Source of the DNA: Fistulifera solaris
Taxonomy: Eukaryota
Assembly (NCBI GenBank): GCA_030295235.1
Contig: AP026128.1
Location: forward strand, 434,001-498,000
Direction: 5' to 3'
Length of the DNA stretch: 64,000 bases
This document shows positions 48,045-59,824 of the stretch, piece by piece. The stretch's first letter is position 1; every line of letters starts with the position of its first letter. A program made the translations under genes and the position numbers. Below the pieces are notes generated by a model. That model saw nothing but the letters and a program-made list of their open reading frames with translations. It was not told the origin of the DNA and did not search any database.

Positions 48045-48383
48045 TTGATGAACGAACGAATATTGTAGTTAGACATAGAGCATAGAGCATTGTCGCTCAA
48101 AAGAAATTTGATTCATGACTGAAGCGCCGTCGTGGCGAAATACGGACGACCCTTTGGTCAATAGTGAAATACACAAACAGCGTTTCGTTGGCTTTTCGAC
48201 GTTGAAATACAAAGCGTGCAGTAGAAACCCTGCTAATAGCCTATTTGATCGCAACAACGGCAGATGGAATTTAAAACTTGGCGAACGAACAAATTGTAGG
48301 TTGCATTGTTACTCGCAGAAATTTGATTCATGACTGAATTGCAGTCTTGGATAAGGTGAGGGACACTTCAGTCTATAGTAAAA
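48045..48383 (-). repeat. Pair of dispersed-family repeat copies in reverse orientation (48045-48169 and 48278-48383)
   Basis: Reverse complements read ttt(c/t)actat...cca(c/a)gac...ttcagtcatgaatcaaatttc...acaatgc...ctaca...ttcgttc; offset 215. Confidence 0.75.
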
Positions 48384-48739
48384 TACTGCTTGAAGATTCC
48401 AGATTCCCCCGAACGACACGCGGTGCTGCGCGCAAACAGCAAACGCAACGTCGTCCCAACGCCAGAAGCTGGTTCAAAGCGATCATCTGTTCCAAACCGT
48501 GAAGTGTCGCCAACTGTGTACCCGCTCCACGACAGCTATAGCCCGTACGTAAGTATTTTCGCGCAAAGAAAAGGTGGCGAACACATTCTCTTTTCTCTCT
48601 TTGTCGTCAAACAGATTGCCTTCCAAGATACTTTTGATTCACCAATCGACGAACAAAGGTTTTTCTTCTTTGCGGTTCGCATCAAAAGATCCCATCAATC
48701 TGCCAATCCAGTCATAAACTGCACGCAAACAACAAAACC

Positions 48740-49525
48740 ATGAAGTTCTTCTCTGCCGTCTTCCTTTTGTGTACGTCTACCTTGACCAGTGCATTCGTTG
48801 CACACCAGCCGTCGTTCGTACCGAAGACACAACTTTTCGCTACCCATCCAGATGCCAGTGCTGCGATAGAGGCCGCCGTAAAAGCGTCGAAAACGTACGG
48901 GCCTACTTCTCCGGAAGCACGTGTGGCTTGGGAAGTCGTCGAGGATATTGCTGCTTCGGACAACAGGTAAGACGCCTATTTCGCACCAGTGAAACGAATT
49001 TTGCATTTACTCACCGATCGATCGTATCCTTTTTCGCCGGCGAATGATAGTGCCGCATCCAAAGGAACTCTCGACGAAGAATGTGACTGGATGGACGAAA
49101 ACAATCGTCTATGCATGGAATACGACACGAAGAAAGAGAAGCTTGCGGAGGCTATCAAGTCAACATTTGATCTCAACGCTATGCAGAAGCAACTGGAGCG
49201 TATCAAGGCCATGGCGGAGGAAGTGCAAGCCATCAAGATTCCAGTAGCAGCTTCCCAGCCCAGCAAGACGACTCCACAAACGGCTGCTGCTTTACAAGCG
49301 GCCAAGGATGCCGTGGCCAAATACGGTGCGAGCTCCAGCGAAGCCAAGATGGCTTGGGAGGAGTTGGAAGAGATTGCTAGTTCCGGTTTATCCAATTCCA
49401 TCGGTAAGCGACTTGACGAGGAATGCTTAGTAGAAACAGCCATGGAAGCTTGCATGGCGTTGGAAGAATTGAACCGCGTGATGAACTTGGATAAGACCAA
49501 GAACGATTCTGGATTGAATGCCTAA
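48740..49525 (+). CDS. Plastid-targeted protein with two CP12-like domains; exons 48740-48966 and 49051-49525
   Basis: Signal ending TSAF; ARVAWEVVEDI and AKMAWEELEEI, each followed by LDEEC...C; an 84-nt gtaag...tag intron restores the frame. Confidence 0.85.
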
Positions 49526-49947
49526 AGAGGATGCGCAACCATCGACCTTGAGTAATTTTTTCCTTTAGTGTAGATTCAACCGATAGCTTTGAAAAGAACG
49601 CCTTATTTCGAGCTGTTATAGTTCTTGTTTGTCAATGCTTTTGTGAAGGAGATGAAAAGGAGCATCGAGTGAATTTCTCATTTGTGTCACCATGATCCAC
49701 GAGAGCTATTTTTTCTCCAATGTTTCTCGTCGAATGGTTATACTTGCCATGCTACCAGTATTGCAGGTTGCTGCATTTGAAGAGATGTTTATTATTCTTA
49801 CACTAGTAAAATGGACAAGGCAAGAAACAACTAGAATATCGATAAAAGGATCAAAACTCAGACGGCCAGCACTTTGCTGTTATTACACAATACGGAGTAT
49901 TTACTAAATTGTGAGCAATTCACTTATTAAAAGCGTACCGTGACCCA

Positions 49948-50958
49948 TCATTGCATAGCACTGGTATCCGAGTCTGGTTGAACGGGTAAATCTTTCATAC
50001 TGTCCATTTCATCCAAGGCCGCCCGAATCTTCGCGACAGCCGCTGGATCGTTCTTTTCCATGGCTATACGAAGTGCCGCTTGCAGTTTGTTGATTTCAAA
50101 CACGCGTTCCACAGCAATGGCAGGTCGTTGACTGGTCTGTTGCAATTTGTTGGCACTTCGATACATAGGAAATCGTTTTTGAAGGGCTTCCAAAGTAAGA
50201 AAGGATGCTTCCAGTTGTGGATTTACTTTCATCGATATCGGCGCCCGGTAACGCAGAGCCAATGCTATCGATAAAAACGCAAAAGACACTTGTGGACGAA
50301 AGTCGTAACAAATTTTCTCCAAGGTCGAAACCGTCGGCTGCAGCGATATGCGCCCCAGATGCTTCACCGAACACCGCCACGTAAATTGTTTGTCGTCTTC
50401 CACAATGATTTCATCTACCGTCGCTACCGGCAACGATATACGTGACTGTCCCCATTCATGCAATTCTCCATACGTTTCTACACCATCGGGAAGCTTGTTG
50501 TGTACGATTTTTAATACTTCGTCCGCCACGGAGGCATCGCATTGTCCTTCCTCACACGAAAGCACCGTCACACGGGCCAAAAGATCCGGAGGCAAGATCG
50601 CACCGGCCATGTCGACATTCGCGAGCAATTGTAAAATCGTCAATGCTTCCGGAGATGTCGCGGCACCCGTATCGGCAATGCTATCCGTGACACGGAGTGG
50701 ATAGTAGGCATTTTCTCCCGCACGGAGCAACACCCAAAAGCCCGTCGCCGACACGGAAACGCCCGCCAAGGAAACACGCTGCAAACGCATGACTTCCATG
50801 TTGTCATTGTCATCGGCGTATCGTAATGTCATTCGGGTTCGTTCCGCATTTGTCGTGGAATGAAAGGGAGTGAGAAAGGCATGGCTCATGCCGCTCAGCA
50901 GAATGACCAATGCCAACAACTGTCGCCGGAAATGGGTGTGATACGAACTGAAATACAT
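49948..50958 (-). CDS. Probable plastid protein, bifunctional-nuclease (DUF151)-like with a C-terminal UVR-like motif
   Basis: Signal ending SHAF; SIALALRYRAPI; C-terminal LQAALRIAMEKNDPAAVAKIRAAL. Confidence 0.55.
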   Translation of the reverse strand: MYFSSYHTHFRRQLLALVILLSGMSHAFLTPFHSTTNAERTRMTLRYADDNDNMEVMRLQRVSLAGVSVSATGFWVLLRAGENAYYPLRVTDSIADTGAATSPEALTILQLLANVDMAGAILPPDLLARVTVLSCEEGQCDASVADEVLKIVHNKLPDGVETYGELHEWGQSRISLPVATVDEIIVEDDKQFTWRCSVKHLGRISLQPTVSTLEKICYDFRPQVSFAFLSIALALRYRAPISMKVNPQLEASFLTLEALQKRFPMYRSANKLQQTSQRPAIAVERVFEINKLQAALRIAMEKNDPAAVAKIRAALDEMDSMKDLPVQPDSDTSAMQ

Positions 50959-51795
50959 TTTTACACAGTATTGATTTGTGCACGATCAAAGGAAAAGGAA
51001 TAATGTTTGACTTGTGATAACGTTTAATGATGTTAATTCTCTTTTCTGCTTCGAAGCTTTCGCAATGCGAAATTTTGGCATTTGTCTCGAATTCGAAGAA
51101 ACGTGCAGAATTTCGGCAACCGTTTTGTGAGCCGCATTTTACTATTCAAAAGATAGTAGGCCTATCTTCGATTCAGCAGAATTCCAGTCACGACTATGGA
51201 CTGCATGAATCATTTCAATGCCATCAAGCAAGCCTAGGACATATTTAGACCTTGAATATGCTTTATTCTTAACTTAAGAGGGCGTCCGTGATATTGATAC
51301 TAATGATGTTATAAGGATAAAGGAAGAATCGGGTCGATTTGCTTTACCTGAGCAACTACTTAAAGTAATTGTAGGCTCCCTTTTTCTTCGAAGACCCGAC
51401 GACTCGAACGACTTGAGTTCCGACTATGAACGACAGAAAATATCTATTAAACCAAATCTATCTAACAAGGTTATGTGTAACAGATCAATTCATTTCTCAA
51501 TGGAACGACGCGCCAAGATCTCCCCACAGCACTTTATCTGTTTGTATCGTTAAACAGATAGTCTATCACATTTATTTTAATCACAAATTTTATTTAAGAT
51601 CACTCTTTTCAACACCACCAACGCCTCAATGCAATTGTCGTTCGGGTAAAATTCAACAGCGCTGGCGGTGTTTCACGTGACTCGTTCATATTATGTACTG
51701 TATGTCTGATTTAGGTGAGTCAGTTGATGCATGTACACGCGTGATGATCTTATTCATTCAGAGTTTGGCATTCGTCAAAATCAACTCGTCGGTCT

Positions 51796-52922
51796 CTAAT
51801 CAAGCCTTCTCCGTTTGGATGCCTGGATGTTAGGGTCAATCGATTCATTCATTTTCGTCGTCGATACTTTTGACTCGCTTTCGTTCTCAGATTCATTGGC
51901 CGATGCGAGACCTCCTTGCAGTACGTGAAGTGCAATCAATTCCCCGTGGTGCAAGCTCTCAATCGAACCAGCACCGACGGATTCATTATCGGGTGCACCT
52001 TCTACGGCCGATGCTTCGTTGTTCTGTGCCGCCGACTGTTGCCTACGCCTTAGTTGTTCTTGTAACTGTCGGTATCGGACTCGCAAACGCTCCAACGTCA
52101 AGGTCACTTCCGCTTGCACGGTTTCTGGTTGCGCCAGAATGCGTTCCGCCTGTCGGCGCACCGAGAGCGGCATATTGTCGATCGACACATCTTCCACACG
52201 GTGCTGCACATGGCTGCTACTGCACGTACTGGTACCTTCGTCCCCCAAACTTTTGAGTTCTCCATTCGGATCCTCTTCCTGCAGTTTCTGTAGCCGAACA
52301 AAATACTTTTGCGCATGCGAGCGCACTTGCGCGGAAGACCGTGATGGGATCAAGGTAGCGACTTTCTTCCATTCGCGTCCGTGTATTTGCAAGCCTCGCA
52401 AGAATTCTCGGTGTTCTCGGCGGTCCACCGTCCCGTGGACTCGTTGGACTTTTTTCTTGATTTGGTTTTATTTGTTTTTGCGGATGCGGCACGCTTGTGC
52501 TTTGGGTTGTTGACTAATAATAAAGTCGACTGGACGGGCATTGGGAGACGGCTTCTGTTTGAATCGTGATCCTTCGAAACAGACTCTTCCCGTTGACCCT
52601 CGTGTTGGTCGGAATCACCGACATCCGCACAAAGCGAATTGAATTTACTTTTCTCTGGGAGCAACAAGACCTGAAACGTGACTTCAGATGCAAGACTAGC
52701 TCCATTTTGTTCTTCGCTTTCTAGGGTTCTCTTCGGCAACAAAGGGCAAGGTAACACTGTATTGTTGTCTGCTTTCGCCATTTCGTCGCTTTCAAGTGTA
52801 CTGCGGTCTTCAAAAGGCGGATTCGGGAGGTTTATTGTATCCCGACGATAGTTCAGAGGGGCAATTTCTGATGCAGAGAGGTCCGACGGAGGAGAATTGT
52901 TCGTTTCTGGCGAAGGAGGCAA
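51796..52922 (-). CDS. SHAQKYF-class single-repeat Myb transcription factor; frameshift near 52415, start uncertain (possibly 53002 or 52781)
   Basis: Joining two ORFs gives STGRWTAE-EHREFLRGLQIHGREWKKVATLIPSRSSAQVRSHAQKYF. Confidence 0.88.
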
Positions 52923-53936
52923 ATTGTTCGTTTGACAGCAAAGCTCTTCTTTCTCTTCCTTTTGTGCTTGTCAATGTCTTCTGTGATACGTTCCTCCTCC
53001 ATCCTGAATCATTCCCTTGTCACCACGCAAGTTAAGTAGTTGAAAATTGGTGTCTGGGGGTGTGCGGCGTAATTTTTTCTTTGTTGCAAGACAGAGTGCC
53101 ACGAAAGAGGTGATTGCTGACTACTACTTGTACTTGATGCCCGTACACTTTTCTACGGACGAAGTGGCGATCTTCTCACTTCGACATGACGGCCATCAAT
53201 TTTTTATTCTTTTCCGAAGCGGAAAAAGCGATGTCTTCGAAAGTTCCTTCCGTCTGGCCGTTGCTACGGGTTTTCACGATCGCATCAGCTCGCGGACGTG
53301 TCACTTGTGACACATAATACGCCCAAAGTCTCAACTTTAACAAGACTCATTCTCTGCGCATGGACAGACGACGAAGCATTCTCTGTCATCACGGAAAACG
53401 TGGGACACCTTTCCAAAATCGTTCGCTGGGTGCAACGTTGTTGGTGTTCCTTTTGGCCAGATTGCGCCTTTTTATTGCTTTACAATTGTATTTGTCAATA
53501 AGAAGATAAGCAGCAATTGCGTCGCCATTGCAAACGCCGAAACAGCACGACGTGAGAAAAAGAAAAGCGTGTGACGATTGATTGCTTGGAACGAAGTGTG
53601 CTGCGGAGAGTAAGTACGAAAGTGAGAGAACCCGGAAGTTGAAAAAGATTTTGCGTGTGTCGCACAACTTCAATGCCCCCTCCTCGTCCATCAGCCGTCA
53701 TCGGATTGCGGATTTCTACTTTTGCATCTTGCATTGCCGGAAAGGTATTGTTGGAGCTATACTTGATCCGGAAGTCGACCCCTTTCATGCGATAGTTATC
53801 CCGATTCTTCTGCCTTCACTAACGCCCTGCTTTACCAGACTCGAATTCCTCATTCAATTAGCAGAGACTACTCGTTTACCATCTTTTTGTTGCCGAAGAA
53901 AGAAATCCAGATCCTTGATCTGCCCCCTTCCCGATT

Positions 53937-54320
53937 ATGCAGAACTTGTCGCAAGGCAAGCTGGATGAAGGCACCGTGACGCTCTTTCCACCCTTGGATG
54001 ACGATCATGAGGGTCTTCCGGCTCACTTGGCGGAGCAATTTCATCGCATGAAGCGTCGATCGTACAAAGACGAAGAAATGCGTGAGCTAGCCTTAGAAAC
54101 AGCTGTTCTAGTGCACAATGAAATACAACACATGCAAAACTCTATTGCTGAATTAGAAAACATGTTAAGACAACCGGCGGAGAGAGGCGACGGCGCTTTG
54201 AATGGATTCGACGACTCGGTATCCAGGACCGGTAACAATGAAAGCGAAATTTTGATTGCGAAACCAGAGATTTCTTTGAAAAGTGCGCCTTCCTCAGAAG
54301 GTTCAACTGCGTCAGATTAG
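53937..54320 (+). CDS. Small hypothetical coiled-coil protein
   Basis: 127-aa ORF with heptad-like stretch MRELALETAVLVHNEIQHMQNSIAELENML. Confidence 0.5.
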   Translation: MQNLSQGKLDEGTVTLFPPLDDDHEGLPAHLAEQFHRMKRRSYKDEEMRELALETAVLVHNEIQHMQNSIAELENMLRQPAERGDGALNGFDDSVSRTGNNESEILIAKPEISLKSAPSSEGSTASD

Positions 54321-54487
54321 GTTGGCACAAAGAAAAACACTTGTAAAATTTTGTATTATTTACACATAATTCTCAAAGTAGCGCCAAAAAATCAATCGAC
54401 GCAATGGCCTACAAAAGGCATCGATAGTGACGAGCCAGTAACAGAGCATCAGCGATTCCATGAACTGGGTATAGCATCGAGCCTTTC

Positions 54488-56855
54488 TTAAACAATCAAT
54501 GCTGTTTTCTCTGACATATAAGCATCCGTATTCGTAACAGATGAGGCTCCGTCGTCAAGGATCGAGTCGTCTATTTCGTCGTCGCTGACACTCACATCGT
54601 CCCCACAAATCCGAAATGGATTCAATTCTTCACTGAGCTCTTTCAGTCCTTCTCGAACATATAATATGGTTTGCTTAGCCGCTCTTCCATCAAAGGAGGC
54701 AATTCGATCCTCAATACTAAGGATCGCTTCATCGTCATCCACCTTCTCCGACTGCCCAGAAATCGCTCTCTGTGCGTACGATGCAAGCTCTGCTTCCATT
54801 GCATCTTCGTCTTTTGGCAGCCATTTTATCAGAAAAAGCAACTGTACGGCGCTAATCATCCAGAAAAGGATGATCTAAACAAACGGGTAAGGTGATTTCT
54901 TTCCCTTGTGACAGACTTGGCAACAAAACACAAGCTGGAGCGTACCGTGATGTTAAAAGCAGACTTTCGAGAGCAGCCGTAGAAAACGCTCAAAAGAGTT
55001 ATACAGCTCGGCCCGACCCCCGACCTAACGTTATAAGAAGATTTGCCGCCGTCAATGTGGCTCCTCTTGTCTCAGGTGGATTCACGTTGAGCAAACAGGG
55101 CCTCACACTGACAGCTGGTAATGAAGCAATCAAGCCTGAGGCAAAAGATAACAGCAGTCCTTGGGCGCTGCGTGCCCTGGTGAATTGACCATTAATAAAC
55201 CCATAAAGAGGAATGATTCCAGCTGCCGTTGAAACGGCCATGAAAAGTGGAAGATACGACCGCTTGACAGAATGGAGAATTTGACCGATGTACCCGCCCA
55301 AGATACCTCCAACTCCACTACCCGCAGCGAATATGAGAATCAAGAATGTGGCGTCCGGGACCGAGAAACCTCGTTCTTGCGATAAAAAGTCATTCAAGAA
55401 AACGAAAATGATTCCCCACGGAAGATTCGAAAAGAATCCTTGCCAAAGAAGAATCCAGTTTGAATTGTTGTGTCGAATAGAATGGACAAATCCAGACCAC
55501 GTCAATTTCCGATCATACCGCTTGCCAGTCTTTTGAAACATGTCTTGCAATATGGCCTCCTTTCCTCCGCGAATGGGTTCTGACACTAAGCATCCACATA
55601 AAAGCGCACAAGCAAGCGAAAAGCACGAAGATACCCAGAATACATGTCGCCAACTGTCTCCAAGGTTGCTTCCTGCATAGACCTGCCCAGCAAGAATACC
55701 TATACCCATACAAGCAGTAAGTCCAGAGCTCGCCGCGTTTCTCTCATGTGCTGAAAATAAGTCGCCCAAGAAACTGAAAGCTACAGGAACACTACCAGCC
55801 ATGAATCCACCGGTGACGAGACGAGCCGCTATAAATTGTGTATACGACACTGCTGCCGCAGCACCCGCAGTAGCCAATCCGGTTCCGGCAACTGTGGCAA
55901 CAAATAAGTGTTGCCTGTGCTTAGTGAGATCAACAGCAACACCAATGGCCGCGGCAATCGGGAAGGAAAACACTCCCGTCGCTAGCGCACAATAACTTCC
56001 AAGGTACAGATCGCGGTCGGCGGCATCCGTCCAGCCAAAAGTAGAAGCTATCTCCGTCAAGTTTGGTGCCATAATGTTGCTACTTGACCATACGGCACAA
56101 AATGCAAGACCGAGGAGAAGGGACTGGGCATGCCGCGTTTCGTGTGGCTTTCGTTTTCTTGAAACTCCCGATCTCACTGAGTCTACGTCACCATTTTGAT
56201 ACGACATGGCTAATGCTGGGGTTTCGATAGGGTCTCTACGCTTGGCCTCCTTCCTCTCGCATGAATGAGAACCTACTCTTCTGCTTTTCTGTTCGGTTGA
56301 AAGATCTCGAGCTCGTTTCGAAAAAATTTGAAGCCACTTCTTGCGGTGGCCACTTCTTTCGTGGTCATCCTGTGGTCTCGGCCAAGCCAAAGTGCCCGAA
56401 ACAGGAGAACCAGGGGGAGTTAGATCAATCTGTACATCACTGGCGTCTATCTGGTATAAGCAACTTTCGGATCGTAGAGCATCATAGGACTCCCTTTGTC
56501 GCCGCCCTTTCCTCTGTCTCTCTCGTTCTAATACCGACATACCCGGAGAAAAGTCCGGTGATTGAGATGATTCCCAAAGCCCAGCACCTCTTCGCTGGTC
56601 GTGTATTGCTTGTTGAATCTCTTGCCCGAAAATGGACCGTCGTCTTTCCGACGGTGGCACAGTCAAGGGCGGGGAGGGAAAGGGCTCCGCATTGCGATTC
56701 GAAATAATGAGTGTTGCAGCGTCCGACGTGGTGTGCGCCAGTGAATTCAGAGTATAAGCTATAGATGAGTCTTCAGAATAGGAGCGAGCATTTGAAGAAG
56801 CCGGGGTTTGCAGCGATTCTGGTGCCGTACGATGGTTCAAAGATGTCGAAGTCAT
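54488..56855 (-). CDS. Major facilitator superfamily transporter (Spinster-like) with a long N-terminal extension; frameshift near 55015 and a probable intron near 54860-54930
   Basis: About 12 TM segments; NIMAPNLTEIA, ARLVTGGFMAG, LGDLFSAHERNAASS, EPIRG, LLNVNPPETRG. Confidence 0.85.
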
Positions 56856-57630
56856 TGCAGTAAAAATCGATATCAATACCGCGGTCACTTGACTTAGTGA
56901 TCCTTCCTCAACAGGTGTCACCCGCAAATCCTCTTTCCATTCGATCTATTGTTTTTACCAAATAAAATCAGTTATCACATTAAAGACCTTGAGCTTGTCT
57001 AGCTAGACTACTGGTAAGCATTTGTTTCGTTTACCTTTCACTTCGACGAGATCGCGCGTGTTCCGATCGCGTCGTGCATTCATCGCGAACGTTTGCACGA
57101 AGGATCGAGATCAAGATGAATGCATTCGGTACCCCGTAACCTTATTGGTTCAATGAATTCGCCTTCAGACATTATATAATGTGTCTTACCGGCTAAAAGG
57201 ACGATCTTTACATTGGGGAAGGTACCGGTATAATAGGATGTCCGCAACGCGTGATGAAAATGGACTGTAGGCCAAGAAGTGGGAATCCTAAAACATGGCT
57301 GGTTCATCATTGCAAAAACTGTGACCCGTTCGTACTAAATACTATCAGCGTCCATAAGCTAGGAATTTCGCCAGGACAAGAAATGTCTCCTTTTTCCTGT
57401 CTGGGCGTGAAATGAGGCATTTGCCATCGAGTAAGTCTACGACCTGCATTGTGTAGTGAATGGGCGGATGGCGGAGGAGTTGAGTGAAATAAAGGAAAAA
57501 TACGTCGCGTTGCAGGGGATAGAGCATTATCAGACCTTCAGCTAGCGCCACGAAATCAATCATTCATTCCATAATCAACGCCGTCTTCGAGTTCCAGGTC
57601 AATATCATAGCCATACAAAGCCCAGCGAGC

Positions 57631-58353
57631 ATGGGTGCACCCGGCAAAAAAGTCCGATTCCCTGAGGATGATCAATTAGTAATACTGTTGAAAGAGGTGG
57701 AGAATCGAGAGGACTGGACTGAATCTGAGAGAGAAGCACTCTTTTTTAGTAAGCAGGACTACGCAAACAGTCGACGGTCAACAAAACTCGTCACTCTTCA
57801 CAGTGAGAAAAAAGGATACAGCATTCATTTGAAAGACGCTTTTTCGGAGAAATCAGAAGATGCCCAAGAACACCTAAATCAATGGTGTCTTCACGGCCAC
57901 GAGCACCGCGGATTAGAACGGTTAACATGTAAATCGCATGGCGAGCACAGGCACGAAGAGCAATTTCGCGCGGTCATGGCTGTTTTACAAACGCAAGATG
58001 AATTGTTAACCAAAGGCAAGGATGTTGACCCGCAAAAGCTACGCAAAGTCTCCTATAAAGCGACAAGAGCTGCTCGACACTTTGCACGTATGATAGCAAA
58101 AGCTGACATGTATGCTGTTGAGAACGAAGCGCTCGTGGAACTCGACGACGAGTCAATGACAACAACAACTGTGACATCCGCGTCCTCGGTAGTAGTCACA
58201 GATGATGAAATATCGCTCCCGCGCATCGATCCTTTACGAGATTCAATGCACGGACAAGGACAAGGGAAACGATTCTACCGTTTTAACTTCATGAACCGAA
58301 CACGGAACAAGAGAAAAGAGGCAGTTCCGGTGTCCCCTCACAAAGACAGGTAG
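57631..58353 (+). CDS. Hypothetical protein with KKVRF...RGLE...DP.KLR domain
   Basis: Intact 240-aa ORF; shares its motif pattern with 59825..61663. Confidence 0.75.
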   Translation: MGAPGKKVRFPEDDQLVILLKEVENREDWTESEREALFFSKQDYANSRRSTKLVTLHSEKKGYSIHLKDAFSEKSEDAQEHLNQWCLHGHEHRGLERLTCKSHGEHRHEEQFRAVMAVLQTQDELLTKGKDVDPQKLRKVSYKATRAARHFARMIAKADMYAVENEALVELDDESMTTTTVTSASSVVVTDDEISLPRIDPLRDSMHGQGQGKRFYRFNFMNRTRNKRKEAVPVSPHKDR

Positions 58354-59824
58354 TGCTATACGCAATCGCATGTTATTGCTGACAAAGCTCATTTTTCGTT
58401 TGTGGCAGCATGTACAAACACTTGAGCGACGAAAGGCGAAGAATATTTAGTTCATAAATATATGATATGGTATAATAATAGGTTACGAATCAAACATAAC
58501 AACAAGTATTTATCCGTTACACTGAAAGAAGTCGCAAAAAACCGATGGCCATCCCACTATGCGGAACGGGCAACCAGCAGAAGCCTGCAATTTAAGGATG
58601 CATAAGTACTTGGTAAACCCATTTACTTATGAAGGATGGGCCATATTGATATATAGTAATAAGCGTAAACATAATATTTGTTAGGGAGAAGGAAGCATGC
58701 ATTCTTTCCCCGTAAGTATGCAACCGATTTTTTCGTCGTCTTTCCGTTCGTTAATCAGCACTGATTAGAAACGCTTGTCGATTTGATGTCGTGTAGGAAT
58801 CCATTCAATTGTTTCTGCGCCGCAAAAGGCTGGGTTGCTTCACAGACCGACTACACAGGAGTGAATAGTCGTTCAATTTTTTAGGTTAACATTTTTGATC
58901 CCCCTTTCTCTCGCGCTGAGTTGCATTGATAACTTTCAAATACGTTGCCAGGAATCGACGAGTGGGAGAGGAGTTATCTCACGCGCTACATCAACTTACG
59001 ACACCACGAACGGAGTATTTCGTTGTTAAAAACTAGTTCTTTTCGAGTCGGTGGCGCGTAAGGAAAATGCTATCATACCCCTTTAAAGTCTCAACTCCGT
59101 TATCGACTCTCTTTTTTTGCTAAGGAGAAAACTTTTCTTTCATCACTGGGCATTACTACGTATTCTATTTTGGCGATTGCAAAGGAAACATCTTGCCTCG
59201 AGCCAATGAAAATCTGCGCTTTCGGCATTCTCATTGTCGTCGTCCAATCCTTTCCTTTTTTGCACCTCGTCCACGGTTTCACGGCGTTTTTTGTCACGGG
59301 GGGAAGATTTGAAGTACTCAATGTTGTATAGCACATAGTTTTCGCATCTGCTGTTCGGTTGCTACTGTGGCCAGAGTGTACCCTAACTTCTGTTTCTGGT
59401 TCTGCGAACCAAGATCTTGTGTACCGAACTTCAGTTCCGGTCTAACTAGTATCCTTTAAAAAGTAGACTCACGAGCCACATCATTTCCTCCGTTTTTGTC
59501 CTTGAAACGGACGATCGAACACGTAGCACGGCCCACGCGAGTCTCGTTCCATTATTCCGTTCGGTTCCACTTGTACTACGTGATCTTATACTGAAATGGA
59601 ATTGGAGGTACGCCGCCTGCACGCAACAACAGGACGACTTGCGGCGCAGTTTTTTTTTAACAAGTGCAAGTCCTCTTTCCACAGAACGCAACGCGGAGAA
59701 GACGTTTATTTCTTGAAAACAAGAAGCGCAGTGAATCTATTTCTTACTTTTAGCACATGCTCAATCGACAATAGGTTGGATACATTAAATTTGCAGGCAA
59801 TCGGTGACTCTATTTACGTGAAGA

